DNA of 63,848 bases, the filler included, from Octopus bimaculoides (taxonomy: Eukaryota): NCBI RefSeq assembly GCF_001194135.2. It is 5 parts of 4 records of this genome, joined end to end, with 100 filler letters (N's around TTAATTAATTAA, not from the genome) between each part and the next. Parts side by side here need not be neighbours in the genome. Positions count along the whole stretch, not along the records: positions 38,671 to 59,133 come from NC_069003.1; positions 59,234 to 62,700 come from NW_026341030.1; positions 62,801 to 63,848 come from NC_068991.1; 2 more parts are not named here. The stretch is one strand, 5' to 3'. Shown here one piece after another: positions 50,469 through 63,848 of this stretch (positions within the stretch are counted from its first letter, which is position 1; the number at the start of each line of letters is the position of its first letter). The notes below the pieces were generated by a model, which ran no database searches, was not told the DNA's origin, and saw nothing but the letters and a program-made list of their open reading frames with translations. The position numbers and the translations under genes are program-made.

Positions 50469-51399
50469 ATATATATAGTGTATTTATTGATCTGCCTAAT
50501 CTGTGTATATGCGTGTATATAAATGTGATGGTTGTGTGAATAGATGTAGAAATAGACCGATGTATATGTGCATTGCGAATGCGAGATTCAGTTGGTGAGT
50601 TTAGTATTTAGAGAAAAGAAATCTCTCTAAATATATTACTAATTGAACACAAAGTAGCATTTATTAATAGAAACCAGAAATAGGAAATACGGGTTAAATT
50701 AAGATTTTATGTTTTCCTTCTTGAGATATCATTAATGTCACTGTATTGGTTCCTATTAATTTATTTTAGAAATAAGATCATTTCAAGTTCATTACTAATT
50801 TAACAGGAAGTCCTATTTGAACAGAAAACGAAAACTAAAATTAACAGTAGAAATATCATCAGCAGTTGTGATTCCATGTCACTCCTTTTCAGATGTCATG
50901 AAACTTTCCAAGCAATTAATGTTTTGAAGTAGTTAATGCAGAGATGAATTTTCTGCGCCTATTTTGGTTTGATGTTTCAGAAGAAAGACTATTCAAAGAG
51001 TATCATTAGTTATAAATTGATACTTTATCTCGAAGATTCTATTTAATAATATGCGGAGCATTCTTAGGCTTCAGAAAGCAGACGCATGTTACTAGTTTTG
51101 AGTCAACTCTATGCAACGTCTAAATATCTAATTACGTAGATGAAACCATTTTCTAAATTGGTTCTCGTCATACTTATATATTATATAATGTTTTCGTTAA
51201 GCAAGATTTAAAATGGCTGCATATATAACTGCTTTTCCGAGTAGTTTAGTTTTGGGAGTGACGTTTTTATTTGCGTGTTCTATCGGCTCTGCTATGGTGA
51301 TATTAAATTCTTCTTTGCTTCCTTATAACTACTGGGCACCGAAATTTTGAGGAAGACAGTATTTTGTTTTGTTTTCGGCAGCGAATATATAACAGATAT

Positions 51400-51700
51400 T
51401 TTCCTCTTCTTATGTCCGGGAAGAAAATTAGTTCTTACAAGACGTGATAGGGTTTTGCCTATATTCGATTAGATCTATCAAATGAGGTGGATTATACCTC
51501 CTGTTCTTTTGCAACACTTCCTCCTAAGAGGTTGAGTGTTCTTGCTGTTAAAGATGAATTCTTTCAAACGAATAGATGCCAGTGTAACGTTGCATAGACT
51601 CTATCGATCAAGGATCCATATTAAGGCATTGTCAAGATTCTTTTGGTCATCTTGTTGAATATATTTCCAAGAATAAATTTAGATTTGTACAAATTTTGCT
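51400..51700 (-). mobile_element. Decayed R4-like LINE fragment
   Basis: KRILTM...IDRVYA...RTGGIIHL resembles the RKILTM...DRLY...GGRGL motif of the other copies. Confidence 0.3.
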
Positions 51701-51711
51701 TCCCGACTACA

Positions 51712-51828
51712 TGTTTTCTGGTTCAGTCACACTGCGTGGCACCTTACGATAGTGTCTCCTACTATAGCCTCGGGCCGACCACAGGCTCGTAAGTGGATTT
51801 TCTTGACGGAAACTGAAAGAAGAGCATA
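51712..51828 (+). mobile_element. SINE family B head
   Basis: ggttcagtcacactgcgtggcacc...tatagcctcgggccgacc...gacggaaactgaaagaag. Confidence 0.75.
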
Positions 51829-51948
51829 CTAGAACAAACACAACTTGTGTATGTGTTTCATTTTGTTTATATACCTCGCACTCCTTCTAATTCATATTTG
51901 AATATATATATATATATGAATATGTGTGTGTGTTTACATACACACACA

Positions 51949-51993
<45 letters not shown>

Positions 51994-52019
51994 TATATAC
52001 CTTTGTCCAACCAGTCGTT

Positions 52020-52212
52020 AAATTGGCCGCTAAATACGGCCAATTTAAGTCGATTACATTGACCCCAGTGTTCACCTTGTACCTATTTTACCAACCCCGA
52101 AAAAGCGTGAAAGGCAAAGCTGACACCGGTGTAATTCGAACTCTGACATGAAGACGGACCAAATACTGCTAATCATTTTGGCCCGTGTGCTAACGTCTCT
52201 GCCATCGCGACG
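52020..52212 (-). mobile_element. SINE family C
   Basis: gtcgattacattgaccccagtg...gtgaaaggcaaag...tgctaacgtctctgcc. Confidence 0.7.
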
Positions 52213-52667
52213 CTTTATAAACGACAAACATAACAACACTATCAACCCTCTCACCTCTACAAAAGCAACTACAATCGTCCTTATTGACTTCAACGACACC
52301 TCACTAACATCAACATCAAAACTACAACGACCAACACTACTAAAATCGCCAACAAATTTACAACTACCGTCCCCAACAGCAAAATGGCTACCATTACCAT
52401 GACAATCATCACCGTCTTCCCTTCTCCCTCTTCACTATGACACCCACCGCCATCACCGCATCCTCCAGTGCCATCTCGTCTCAATAGACAGAGTGTTATT
52501 ATTTCCCCACATATTGATGTTGTTTTATGAGTTAGCAGCAACAAAATCTATATCTGTACAATGGCAGAACTATTGTCGATATGCATGGAGGGGGAGGGGC
52601 AGGAGGGGGCGACCAGATGAGAGTACAACACAGGCAAGCACTTACACTCAGGCACAAAACGAAACAG

Positions 52668-52706
<39 letters not shown>

Positions 52707-52741
52707 TAACCACATAGATACGTGCATATATATACATATAC

Positions 52742-52784
<43 letters not shown>

Positions 52785-52857
52785 TATATATACAGGCATC
52801 AATAAATTTATTCATACATAGACGTTTACATATTAATATATACCTATATAAATATCA

Positions 52858-52892
<35 letters not shown>

Positions 52893-53338
52893 CATAAATN
52901 NNNNNNNNNNNNNNNNNNNNNNNNNNNNNNNNNNNNNNNNNNNNNNNNNNNNNNNNNNNNNNNNNNNNNNNNNNNNNNNNNNNNNNNNNNNNNNNNNNNN
53001 NNNNNNNNNNNNNNNNNNNNNNNNNNNNNNNNNNNNNNNNNNNNNNNNNNNNNNNNNNNNNNNNNNNNNNNNNNNNNNNNNNNNNNNNNNNNNNNNNNNN
53101 NNNNNNNNNNNNNNNNNNNNNNNNNNNNNNNNNNNNNNNNNNNNNNNNNNNNNNNNNNNNNNNNNNNNNNNNNNNNNNNNNNNNNNNNNNNNNNNNNNNN
53201 NNNNNNNNNNNNNNNNNNNNNNNNNNNNNNNNNNNNNNNNNNNNNNNNNNNNNNNNNNNNNNNNNNNNNNNNNNNNNNNNNNNNNNNNNNNNNNNNNNNN
53301 NNNNNNNNNNNNNNNNNNNNNNNNNNNNNNNNNNNNNN

Positions 53339-53387
<49 letters not shown>

Positions 53388-53822
53388 ATATCAATAATTA
53401 CTGACATTCGCACACACATGCACAGGGAGACACACGCACATATACATTCATACATATGCACACACACACACACACTCACACAAACACACGCGCACACATA
53501 TATTTCAGTGTGCAACGAGACATGTGCATGCGCATGTATGTAATTATTTTTCCCTATCTATACACATACATATACACACATGTACGAACAAACGCTGGTG
53601 CACTTGCACACACGCACATTCATCAGACTAGCTCCAACGCTGCTATGAATGTATCTCCGCATGCGAGCAGCCATTTTGCATACAGATGTTTTTATTAAAA
53701 ACTTCACAGGTAACATACCATACTTAAAAAAATGCACTCTTCTACCTGTATTACGCGTCATCTTCTGGCATCAATCGATACACTCATATAGGTGTGTGAT
53801 TTCATAAATGCGTATTAGTGCA

Positions 53823-53891
<69 letters not shown>

Positions 53892-54537
53892 NNNNNNNNN
53901 NNNNNNNNNNNNNNNNNNNNNNNNNNNNNNNNNNNNNNNNNNNNNNNNNNNNNNNNNNNNNNNNNNNNNNNNNNNNNNNNNNNNNNNNNNNNNNNNNNNN
54001 NNNNNNNNNNNNNNNNNNNNNNNNNNNNNNNNNNNNNNNNNNNNNNNNNNNNNNNNNNNNNNNNNNNNNNNNNNNNNNNNNNNNNNNNNNNNNNNNNNNN
54101 NNNNNNNNNNNNNNNNNNNNNNNNNNNNNNNNNNNNNNNNNNNNNNNNNNNNNNNNNNNNNNNNNNNNNNNNNNNNNNNNNNNNNNNNNNNNNNNNNNNN
54201 NNNNNNNNNNNNNNNNNNNNNNNNNNNNNNNNNNNNNNNNNNNNNNNNNNNNNNNNNNNNNNNNNNNNNNNNNNNNNNNNNNNNNNNNNNNNNNNNNNNN
54301 NNNNNNNNNNNNNNNNNNNNNNNNNNNNNNNNNNNNNNNNNNNNNNNNNNNNNNNNNNNNNNNNNNNNNNNNNNNNNNNNNNNNNNNNNNNNNNNNNNNN
54401 NNNNNNNNNNNNNNNNNNNNNNNNNNNNNNNNNNNNNNNNNNNNTATGCTTTATTTAAAAGCAGCAGAAATATAATAAAAGACTGTTACTCTGAGTTTCA
54501 CGCTCCCGTTCATCGGACAGTTTTGTTAGCACATCAC

Positions 54538-54575
<38 letters not shown>

Positions 54576-54684
54576 TTGTTTGTGTTTGTCCCCTCACCAT
54601 TCCTTGACAGCCAATGCTGGTGTGGTTGTGTCCCTGTAACCTAGTGGTTCGACCTAGTGGTCCAACACATGTGCATGTGAATGG

Positions 54685-54729
<45 letters not shown>

Positions 54730-54789
54730 GAGAGAGAGAGAGAGAGAGAGTGAGAGAGAGTGAGAGAGCGGGAGAGAGAACATATTCGT

Positions 54790-55240
54790 GTTGTTATTGT
54801 TACTGTTTAACCCCAGGTCAGCCCTGATCCACTAGAATCAATGACAAAACAGGCTTCCCGTCTTTTATTTTAGACATTGTGTATCTAGGACTACATTATC
54901 TAATGTATAGTATAGGTGTTGCCATTGGTAGTTATAGTTGTCGTTTAAACCCAGGGCTGTCTGGATCCAGTAGACTTATGATCACTGATGTTCCAGCCGT
55001 GACCATCCCATCCTATTCCTACGTCTCTGCTTGAAGTAGTTNNNNNNNNNNAGCCGTGACCATCCCATCCTATTCCTACGTCTCTGCTTGAAGTAGTTGT
55101 GTGGGATTTTAAGTGAGATTTGGTTACTACTTCTAGCAGTTCGAGCCAAAACGTATAAGCCAGTTGTTGTTGTTTAACCCCAGGTCAGTCCTGATCCAGG
55201 CAGCTCTACAATCAAAGACGTTCCAGCAATGACCATCCTA
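54790..55240 (+). mobile_element. Cluster of short repeats (gtttaaccccaggtcagccctgatc...ttccagccgtgaccatcc family), three partial copies
   Basis: The motif recurs at about 54805, 54945 and 55170; related fragments near 1200-1290, 1370-1400 and 30905. Confidence 0.55.
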
Positions 55241-56089
55241 ACATCACTTGACAAACAATACTGGTGTGTTTGCGTCCCTGTGGCCTGGCGGTTCGGCAAG
55301 CGAGACCGATGGAATAGGAGGAGGCGGTGGTGGTGGTTGCGGCAGAGGCAGTTGACGGTGAACCTGTGGTGGTGGTGGTGGTGGTGGGGTTTGAACATTC
55401 AGATCCTGAACGTTCCGAGCTCTCTCCATAAGAACAGGAGAAAAGAAAATGCGCGCACGCGCATATATATATCTGCGTGTGTATGTGTGTCTGTCTTTGT
55501 NNNNNNNNNNNNNNNNNNNNNNNNNNNNNNNNNNNNNNNNNNNNNNNNNNNNNNNNNNNNNNNNNNNNNNNNNNNNNNNNNNNNNNNNNNNNNNNNNNNN
55601 NNNNNNNNNNNNNNNNNNNNNNNNNNNNNNNNNNNNNNNNNNGCGAAGAAAAGCCGTAAATAATATTAGATAATATCGGCAAATTCGCCACAAAGGGCAG
55701 GTTTCCCGTGCAAACAAATTGCACAAGAAATGCATGAGTTGTTGCACAACTTCTACATAGAAAAATATAATCCCCAAAACAACGTTTTAAGGCAATAAAA
55801 GGGTGTTAAAACTATGAATGTTTGAAGCTGAATTCAAAAACAAATAAAAAAAATTTTGTGTCAAAAAACTGGGAACGAATTGGAAGGCAAAAAGAGAAAA
55901 CTGCACGCGCTGGCGAACGGGAGTGGTGGTGGTGGTGGTGGTGGGGTTTGAACATTCAGATCCTGAACGTTCCGAGCTCTCTCCATAAGAACAGGAGAAA
56001 AGAAAATGCGCGCACGCGCATATATATATCTGCGTGTGTATGTGTGTCTGTCTTTGTATCTGTGCTTGCCCCCCTGTAACTTAGCAACT

Positions 56090-56200
56090 ATCTATCTATC
56101 TGTCTGTCTGTTTGCCTGCCTGCCTGCCTGTCTGTCTGTCTGTTTATCTGTATGTCTGTCTGTCTATCTGTCTGTCTGTCTGTCTCTGTCTATCTATCTA

Positions 56201-56231
<31 letters not shown>

Positions 56232-56439
56232 GTCTGTCTGTCTGTCTGTCTATCTGTCTGTCTGTCTGTCTGTCTCTGTCTATCTGTCTGTCTGTCTGTC
56301 TATCTTTCTGTCTGTCTGTCTCTCTATCTGTCTGTCTGTCTGTCTGTCTGTCTCTGTCTATCTGTCTGTCTGTCTGTGTGTCTGTCTGTCTATCTGTCTG
56401 TCTGTCTGTCTGTCTATCTGTCTGTCTGTCTGTCTGTCT
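56090..56439. repeat. (TCTG)n/(TCTA)n tetranucleotide array
   Basis: Directly visible; runs into a gap. Confidence 0.95.
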
Positions 56440-57509
56440 NNNNNNNNNNNNNNNNNNNNNNNNNNNNNNNNNNNNNNNNNNNNNNNNNNNNNNNNNNNNN
56501 NNNNNNNNNNNNNNNNNNNNNNNNNNNNNNNNNNNNNNNNNNNNNNNNNNNNNNNNNNNNNNNNNNNNNNNNNNNNNNNNNNNNNNNNNNNNNNNNNNNN
56601 NNNNNNNNNNNNNNNNNNNNNNNNNNNNNNNNNNNNNNNNNNNNNNNNNNNNNNNNNNNNNNNNNNNNNNNNNNNNNNNNNNNNNNNNNNNNNNNNNNNN
56701 NNNNNNNNNNNNNNNNNNNNNNNNNNNNNNNNNNNNNNNNNNNNNNNNNNNNNNNNNNNNNNNNNNNNNNNNNNNNNNNNNNNNNNNNNNNNNNNNNNNN
56801 NNNNNNNNNNNNNNNNNNNNNNNNNNNNNNNNNNNNNNNNNNNNNNNNNNNNNNNNNNNNNNNNNNNNNNNNNNNNNNNNNNNNNNNNNNNNNNNNNNNN
56901 NNNNNNNNNNNNNNNNNNNNNNNNNNNNNNNNNNNNNNNNNNNNNNNNNNNNNNNNNNNNNNNNNNNNNNNNNNNNNNNNNNNNNNNNNNNNNNNNNNNN
57001 NNNNNNNNNNNNNNNNNNNNNNNNNNNNNNNNNNNNNNNNNNNNNNNNNNNNNNNNNNNNNNNNNNNNNNNNNNNNNNNNNNNNNNNNNNNNNNNNNNNN
57101 NNNNNNNNNNNNNNNNNNNNNNNNNNNNNNNNNNNNNNNNNNNNNNNNNNNNNNNNNNNNNNNNNNNNNNNNNNNNNNNNNNNNNNNNNNNNNNNNNNNN
57201 NNNNNNNNNNNNNNNNNNNNNNNNNNNNNNNNNNNNNNNNNNNNNNNNNNNNNNNNNNNNNNNNNNNNNNNNNNNNNNNNNNNNNNNNNNNNNNNNNNNN
57301 NNNNNNNNNNNNNNNNNNNNNNNNNNNNNNNNNNNNNNNNNNNNNNNNNNNNNNNNNNNNNNNNNNNNNNNNNNNNNNNNNNNNCTCCACCCATCTAGCC
57401 CCACACCCACCCCTCCAACTGCCTGTACCTTGATCACCATCGATTATCACAAAATGTCGTCTCTATCACCGTCAATATTATTCAGTCTGGGTCTTCTTCT
57501 TCATCTCTA

Positions 57510-57646
57510 GCGTCGATATCATCATCATCATCAACATCATCGTATTGTCATCATCATCAATATTATTATCATCATCCTCATCTACACCATCAGCGGCATC
57601 CTCATCATCATCATCATCATTGTCATCGTCGTCGTCGTCGCAGTCG

Positions 57647-57697
<51 letters not shown>

Positions 57698-57813
57698 CCA
57701 CATCTCCTACCACAGCCAGGAAAATATGCGCATTAACATTTATAATTAACATTTTTAGTAACACTTCCATCCACATGACTACTACTACTACTACTACTAC
57801 CACTACTACTACT

Positions 57814-57849
<36 letters not shown>

Positions 57850-57944
57850 TGATGATGATAATGGTGATGACGTGCGCCATCATCACTATGACCACCACCG
57901 TCAGCTTCGTCATCACACCACCCTCATCATAATAATAATAACAA

Positions 57945-57985
<41 letters not shown>

Positions 57986-58003
57986 GTAGTAGTAGTAGTT
58001 GTT

Positions 58004-58047
<44 letters not shown>

Positions 58048-58070
58048 TGTTGTAGTGGTAGTAGTAGTAA
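57510..58070. repeat. Compound trinucleotide array (CAT)n,(TAC)n,(GAC)n,(TAT)n,(TAG)n
   Basis: Directly visible. Confidence 0.95.
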
Positions 58071-58601
58071 TGCTGAAGACTATCGGATAATCGATGCATG
58101 GTAACATTGAACGGGAGGTGGGCCAGGTCTGTACAGGTGGGTTTCTACGCAGCAATGATCAAAGGTAGAAAGGTGTACGAGGTAAGTAGGACTAGGAAGT
58201 GTTGTGGCGGCGGTGGTGGTGGTGGCGGTGGCGGTGGTGGNNNNNNNNNNNNNNNNNNNNNNNNNNNNNNNNNNNNNNNNNNNNNNNNNNNNNNNNNNNN
58301 NNNNNNNNNNNNNNNNNNNNNNNNNNNNNNNNNNNNNNNNNNNNNNNNNNNNNNNNNNNNNNNNNNNNNNNNNNNNNNNNNNNNNNNNNNNNNNNNNNNN
58401 NNNNNNNNNNNNNNNNNNNNNNNNNNNNNNNNNNNNNNNNNNNNNNNNNNNNNNNNNNNNNNNNNNNNNNNNNNNNNNNNNNNNNNNNNNNNNNNNNNNN
58501 NNNNNNNNNNNNNNNNNNNNNNNNNNNNNNNNNNNNNNNNNNNNNNNNNNNNNNNNNNNNNNNNNNNNNNNNNNNNNNNNNNNNNNNNNNNNNNNNNNNN
58601 N

Positions 58602-58678
<77 letters not shown>

Positions 58679-59251
58679 AATATACGAGAGTGTGTGTGTA
58701 TTCATTACATGCATATTCCTATAGACTCTCTCACTTCATCTCTGTCTTTCCTCCCTTGTTCTCTAAGTCTCTATCGAACTTATCTGTCTGTCTCTCTTTG
58801 TTATCTCACTCGTCTCTCGCACCCAACCAACCAAATATATAAGTGAAGCTGTGAATATGTGTGCATGTGTATCTATATATAAACACGTGAAGATATATAT
58901 ACGAAAAAATATTTTTATGTGTATGTATGTACGTATGTATTTTTGTATGTATATATATATATATAATTATAATTACGAGTATCTAAGAGCTACCGCCACA
59001 GTGGTGGTATGTCTTAGATGCCCTTAATTATAATTTAAATAATAATTATTACCTTTGAGGTTTTTATTCCCATGCTGGCCACCTGATAAGGTCGGTATTT
59101 TAAATAATGATCTTATCCTTATATATATATATANNNNNNNNNNNNNNNNNNNNNNNNNNNNNNNNNNNNNNNNNNNNTTAATTAATTAANNNNNNNNNNN
59201 NNNNNNNNNNNNNNNNNNNNNNNNNNNNNNNNNCTACTACTACTGCAACTC

Positions 59252-59283
<32 letters not shown>

Positions 59284-59661
59284 GCAACTCCTCCTCCTAC
59301 TACTACTACTACTATTAATAACAATAATAATAATAAAAATAATAATAATAATAAAAAATAATAATGATGATGATGATAGTAATTATAATAAAAATGGTAA
59401 TAAGGAAGTAAGCAAATAGAAAGATATGAACCTTATCAAATACTTCCATTCTAGCTACATAACAATTACTACTACTACTACTCCTCATCTATTCTCTTTT
59501 TTAATGAATTTATTTTCTGATATATGTTGAGTCATAATATATTGTTTTTTTTTCTCTCACGATGCGATTGCTCATAGATATACACACACGCACACACATA
59601 CATATATATATACATACAAATACATACATAATACATAGACAAACATGTATATATGTGCGCT

Positions 59662-59695
<34 letters not shown>

Positions 59696-59752
59696 TATAC
59701 ACAAATATATACATAATACGTAGACAAACATGTATATATATGCGCTTATATA

Positions 59753-59823
<71 letters not shown>

Positions 59824-60179
59824 ATATATGCACATTACATACAAACTTAGATAATATACACACACATATATGCACACATTTGCATTCATACACATACATG
59901 CCCGCATCCGTACAAGCACATACATCAAGCAAATATACCTAAATACGTACATATTTGCACACGCATATATATACACATATACATAATACACACTCATTAG
60001 ATACATACTTAGATACACACACATGCACACACATGCATTCATACACATACATGCACGCATACATACATGGAGAAATACATACATCATTGGCCCTGTATCC
60101 AAAAGTTATACACAGGAAATGATTGTATTGTCACTGATAGAATAAACTGCCACAGGGGAATATTTTAAGGAAACATTCT

Positions 60180-60430
60180 CACTCTGGTGCTGTTTATTCA
60201 TGCAGCGAACCTCTTATCTATTGAGGACATCTGAAGGTTATATAATTGATGCACAGGATGAGAGATCTCAACGAGACACGTAGCTACTTTGCTGGACAAC
60301 CTGAAAGTATATGACAAAAATATGAACAATACGATGATATTTGATTTCTATTAGACATTTCTAATGAACATATGGAGGGAGTTTGGTGAAGATAAATGCA
60401 TCTGCATGATTTCAAAAGGGGGGCATACTA
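60180..60430 (+). mobile_element. Decayed R4-like reverse transcriptase core fragment
   Basis: GIF*GNILTLVLF, ctggacaacctgaaagtatat (about DDLKVY), gagtttggtgaagataaatgc (EFGEDKC). Confidence 0.55.
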
Positions 60431-62400
60431 GAAGCCTGTCAAGCAACATCTTTATTCATAGACGGACTATTTCTATGATAAACGTGGAAGAATAAAATAC
60501 TTTACAGCACATATTTTTACTTACCATGCAAACACTTTTTAGACGATAACAGATGAACATTTCCCCACCATACACAAATATAGGCAATTATTCAATTGGT
60601 ACAAACGTAACTGAAGTTGAAATTGCACTATTAAAAGTCTGTATTATCTCATGCACTCATAAGATAGCTGCTGCCAAATGTTTCTGCAGAAATGCAAAGG
60701 CAAGATTGTTAAATAAGTTATGCGATGCAAAATGCATCATATATAATTCAGATATTTCGTACACCAGACTTAACCATCGTGTGCTGCTTAAAGGTGGTAT
60801 AGGTATGACTAACAAAATGTTAACAAAAAAAAAAAAAGAATTTAACCATGCTAAATTTTAAAGACATCTCCATGACAGAAATATAACATAAGTAGCCGGC
60901 TACATCTAGCAATTAATATAAAATTTCTGACATAATTTAAATATATACTTTAACCATGTAACACAAGCCTTCTGTAGTTTTTTCACTCTTATTATCTTTT
61001 ATACATCCAACCACGTGCTTTCACATACCAACTTTCTCACCTATATATATATATATATNNNNNNNNNNNNNNNNNNNNNNNNNNNNNNNNNNNNNNNNNN
61101 NNNNNNNNNNNNNNNNNNNNNNNNNNNNNNNNNNNNNNNNNNNNNNNNNNNNNNNNNNNNNNNNNNNNNNNNNNNNNNNNNNNNNNNNNNNNNNNNNNNN
61201 NNNNNNNNNNNNNNNNNNNNNNNNNNNNNNNNNNNNNNNNNNNNNNNNNNNNNNNNNNNNNNNNNNNNNNNNNNNNNNNNNNNNNNNNNNNNNNNNNNNN
61301 NNNNNNNNNNNNNNNNNNNNNNNNNNNNNNNNNNNNNNNNNNNNNNNNNNNNNNNNNNNNNNNNNNNNNNNNNNNNNNNNNNNNNNNNNNNNNNNNNNNN
61401 NNNNNNNNNNNNNNNNNNNNNNNNNNNNNNNNNNNNNNNNNNNNNNNNNNNNNNNNNNNNNNNNNNNNNNNNNNNNNNNNNNNNNNNNNNNNNNNNNNNN
61501 NNNNNNNNNNNNNNNNNNNNNNNNNNNNNNNNNNNNNNNNNNNNNNNNNNNNNNNNNNNNNNNNNNNNNNNNNNNNNNNNNNNNNNNNNNNNNNNNNNNN
61601 NNNNNNNNNNNNNNNNNNNNNNNNNNNNNNNNNNNNNNNNNNNNNNNNNNNNNNNNNNNNNNNNNNNNNNNNNNNNNNNNNNNNNNNNNNNNNNNNNNNN
61701 NNNNNNNNNNNNNNNNNNNNNNNNNNNNNNNNNNNNNNNNNNNNNNNNNNNNNNNNNNNNNNNNNNNNNNNNNNNNNNNNNNNNNNNNNNNNNNNNNNNN
61801 NNNNNNNNNNNNNNNNNNNNNNNNNNNNNNNNNNNNNNNNNNNNNNNNNNNNNNNNNNNNAGCTAGATATATGTATTATGTATTAAACGTACATACGCAG
61901 AAATATGTACTACGTGGCAACATATATTTACAAACACAAACACATAGATTCAAATAGACACGCACACACACACACACATACGAACTCACACACGTATATA
62001 TATATACAAATACAGGTTTGCACAGTTGGTTTTCTTTCCTATTCCCCATTTTGCTTTTATTTTCATACCAAGTTTGTTTTTAACATCCAACTGTCCTTTT
62101 TCGTGATTTCTCAAAGACTAACGTCTTTTCTCGTTTTGTTATTTCTTATAAGAAGCCAGCCATGTCCTGTATTTGGTTATGTCATTCTGAATGATTGCTT
62201 GGAATCACAAAGCTCGATCCATAAGCTTGCCAGTTTCATTTTTCCTCACAGCATGAAACTAGTAATAACTCGAATTTCAATACTGTGTATTTTAAATAAC
62301 TATCTCTCACAGGATGGAATACTTTCTTGTTGATCTTACTAACAACGGAACAGTAAAATGTTATGTGTGTATATATATATATGTATATATAGGTTTATAC

Positions 62401-62435
<35 letters not shown>

Positions 62436-62882
62436 GGTCCTGTTTATACAATAGTCAGTTGCGACAAAACACCTGATTTCGCTCACTAAATGTATACATA
62501 TATACATACACACACATATATATAAACCTATATACTCCTTTCCCGAGCGTCTAATAACACTATCCGTATCACGTCCTCACTTTGTTGTTGTTTTTGTTAT
62601 TGTATTTTGTGTTTTTTTACGAACATAAAAATCATACAAACACACATATGTAAACATGCATATGTATATCTAGATATAAACGTGCATATATACATATATA
62701 NNNNNNNNNNNNNNNNNNNNNNNNNNNNNNNNNNNNNNNNNNNNTTAATTAATTAANNNNNNNNNNNNNNNNNNNNNNNNNNNNNNNNNNNNNNNNNNNN
62801 TATATATATGCATATGTATATATATATATATATATATAATATATATATATATGTGTGTCACCCTGCCTCTCGGCCTCTCGGC

Positions 62883-62930
<48 letters not shown>

Positions 62931-63848
62931 GTATATAGGGAGAGAGAGAGACAGAGACAGAGACACAGAGAGACTGAGACATATATATATATATATATAT
63001 ATACGAGTGTTTGTGTTTTTGTTTATGTTTATCTACTTCAAATACATACATATATGCATAGGCAGACATGTATACATATACGTGTGTATACCTATATGTG
63101 CATGTGCATATATACAATGATATTAACACATGTATATAAATATACACAGGAGATAGTATAATAACACAAATGTATTTTTCATTTCGTCAGCAATATCGGA
63201 CATCCATTGACCAAGTATCAGCGAATCTTATCCGTCACAGTAACGCGATCTTGCGTAACGGTCATTGAAAAGGCATTATATTATGCCTGACTCCAACACA
63301 TATTAATGCTTGCCTTCTAATCATCACCACTGATGGTTGTCTCTGTTGGATGCTTGACTGCAATCGCTCTGTGATGGTGTCATAATTAGATGAGTAGAGC
63401 TTGTTTGATAAAAGAACAGATACAGATGGACAATGAAGGGTGTAATGGCAGTGAGTGTGGTGTGAGGCAGAGCGGTGAAAGTGATAGTGAAAGTGAAAGT
63501 GACACATAGCGATTTAGATAGAAAGACAAATATAGGTGCCTGTCTGAGGTTTGAGTAGATGTTTTGATAAAGCAGTAGTCTATTATATAGGTAGATGTGT
63601 AGGAAGGTGAATAGATAGGCAGATAGGTAAATATATAGGCAGCAGACGCATAGGGCTAAAGGAACAAACACACATGTGTTCATGTGTGTGCATCTGTGTA
63701 GTATGTATGAGTACATACATATCTGGACATATACATATACATATATATGTATGAATTTTTATGTATATTTTTTTTCATTTTTTTGCCTTATGAATATACA
63801 TCACATACATATACTTACATGGAAGCACACACACACACACACACACAC

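Noticed and set aside
55645-55920. Cys-containing peptide (QVSRANKLHKKCMSCC) resembling a piggyBac C-terminus
   Set aside because: Too short and degenerate; no TTAA-bounded TIR could be confirmed.
55363-56060. About 135-bp exact duplication (55363-55500 and 55922-56058); similar cases at 54993-55080, 35492-35970, 36430-36885 and 25690-25985
   Set aside because: Each pair brackets or abuts an assembly gap and is essentially identical; most likely overlap or haplotype artefacts.

Overview
AT-rich, gap-riddled eukaryotic (animal) genomic scaffold saturated with microsatellites and retroposons. The repeat landscape resembles a cephalopod (Octopus-like) genome; this is an inference from remembered repeat families, not a database match. 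Most of the window is tRNA-derived SINEs of at least three or four families, decayed non-LTR retrotransposons (R4/Dong-like REL-type, RTE, Tx1-like), hAT and Tc1/mariner MITEs, a Helentron-type non-autonomous element and simple repeats. The one clear protein-coding feature is an uninterrupted ~1.8 kb exon at 27504-29320 (+). It encodes a Gln/His/Pro-rich low-complexity region fused to a complete Merlin/ISXO2(IS1595)-like transposase domain that keeps its zinc ribbon but appears to have lost two of three catalytic DDE residues, and it starts at a canonical splice acceptor. It is best read as a domesticated-transposase gene, possibly an alternative terminal exon of a host gene. Several short candidate exons and two promoter-like islands are reported at low confidence. 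No CRISPR, rRNA or genuine tRNA genes are supported. Repeat boundaries were set by eye and are approximate.
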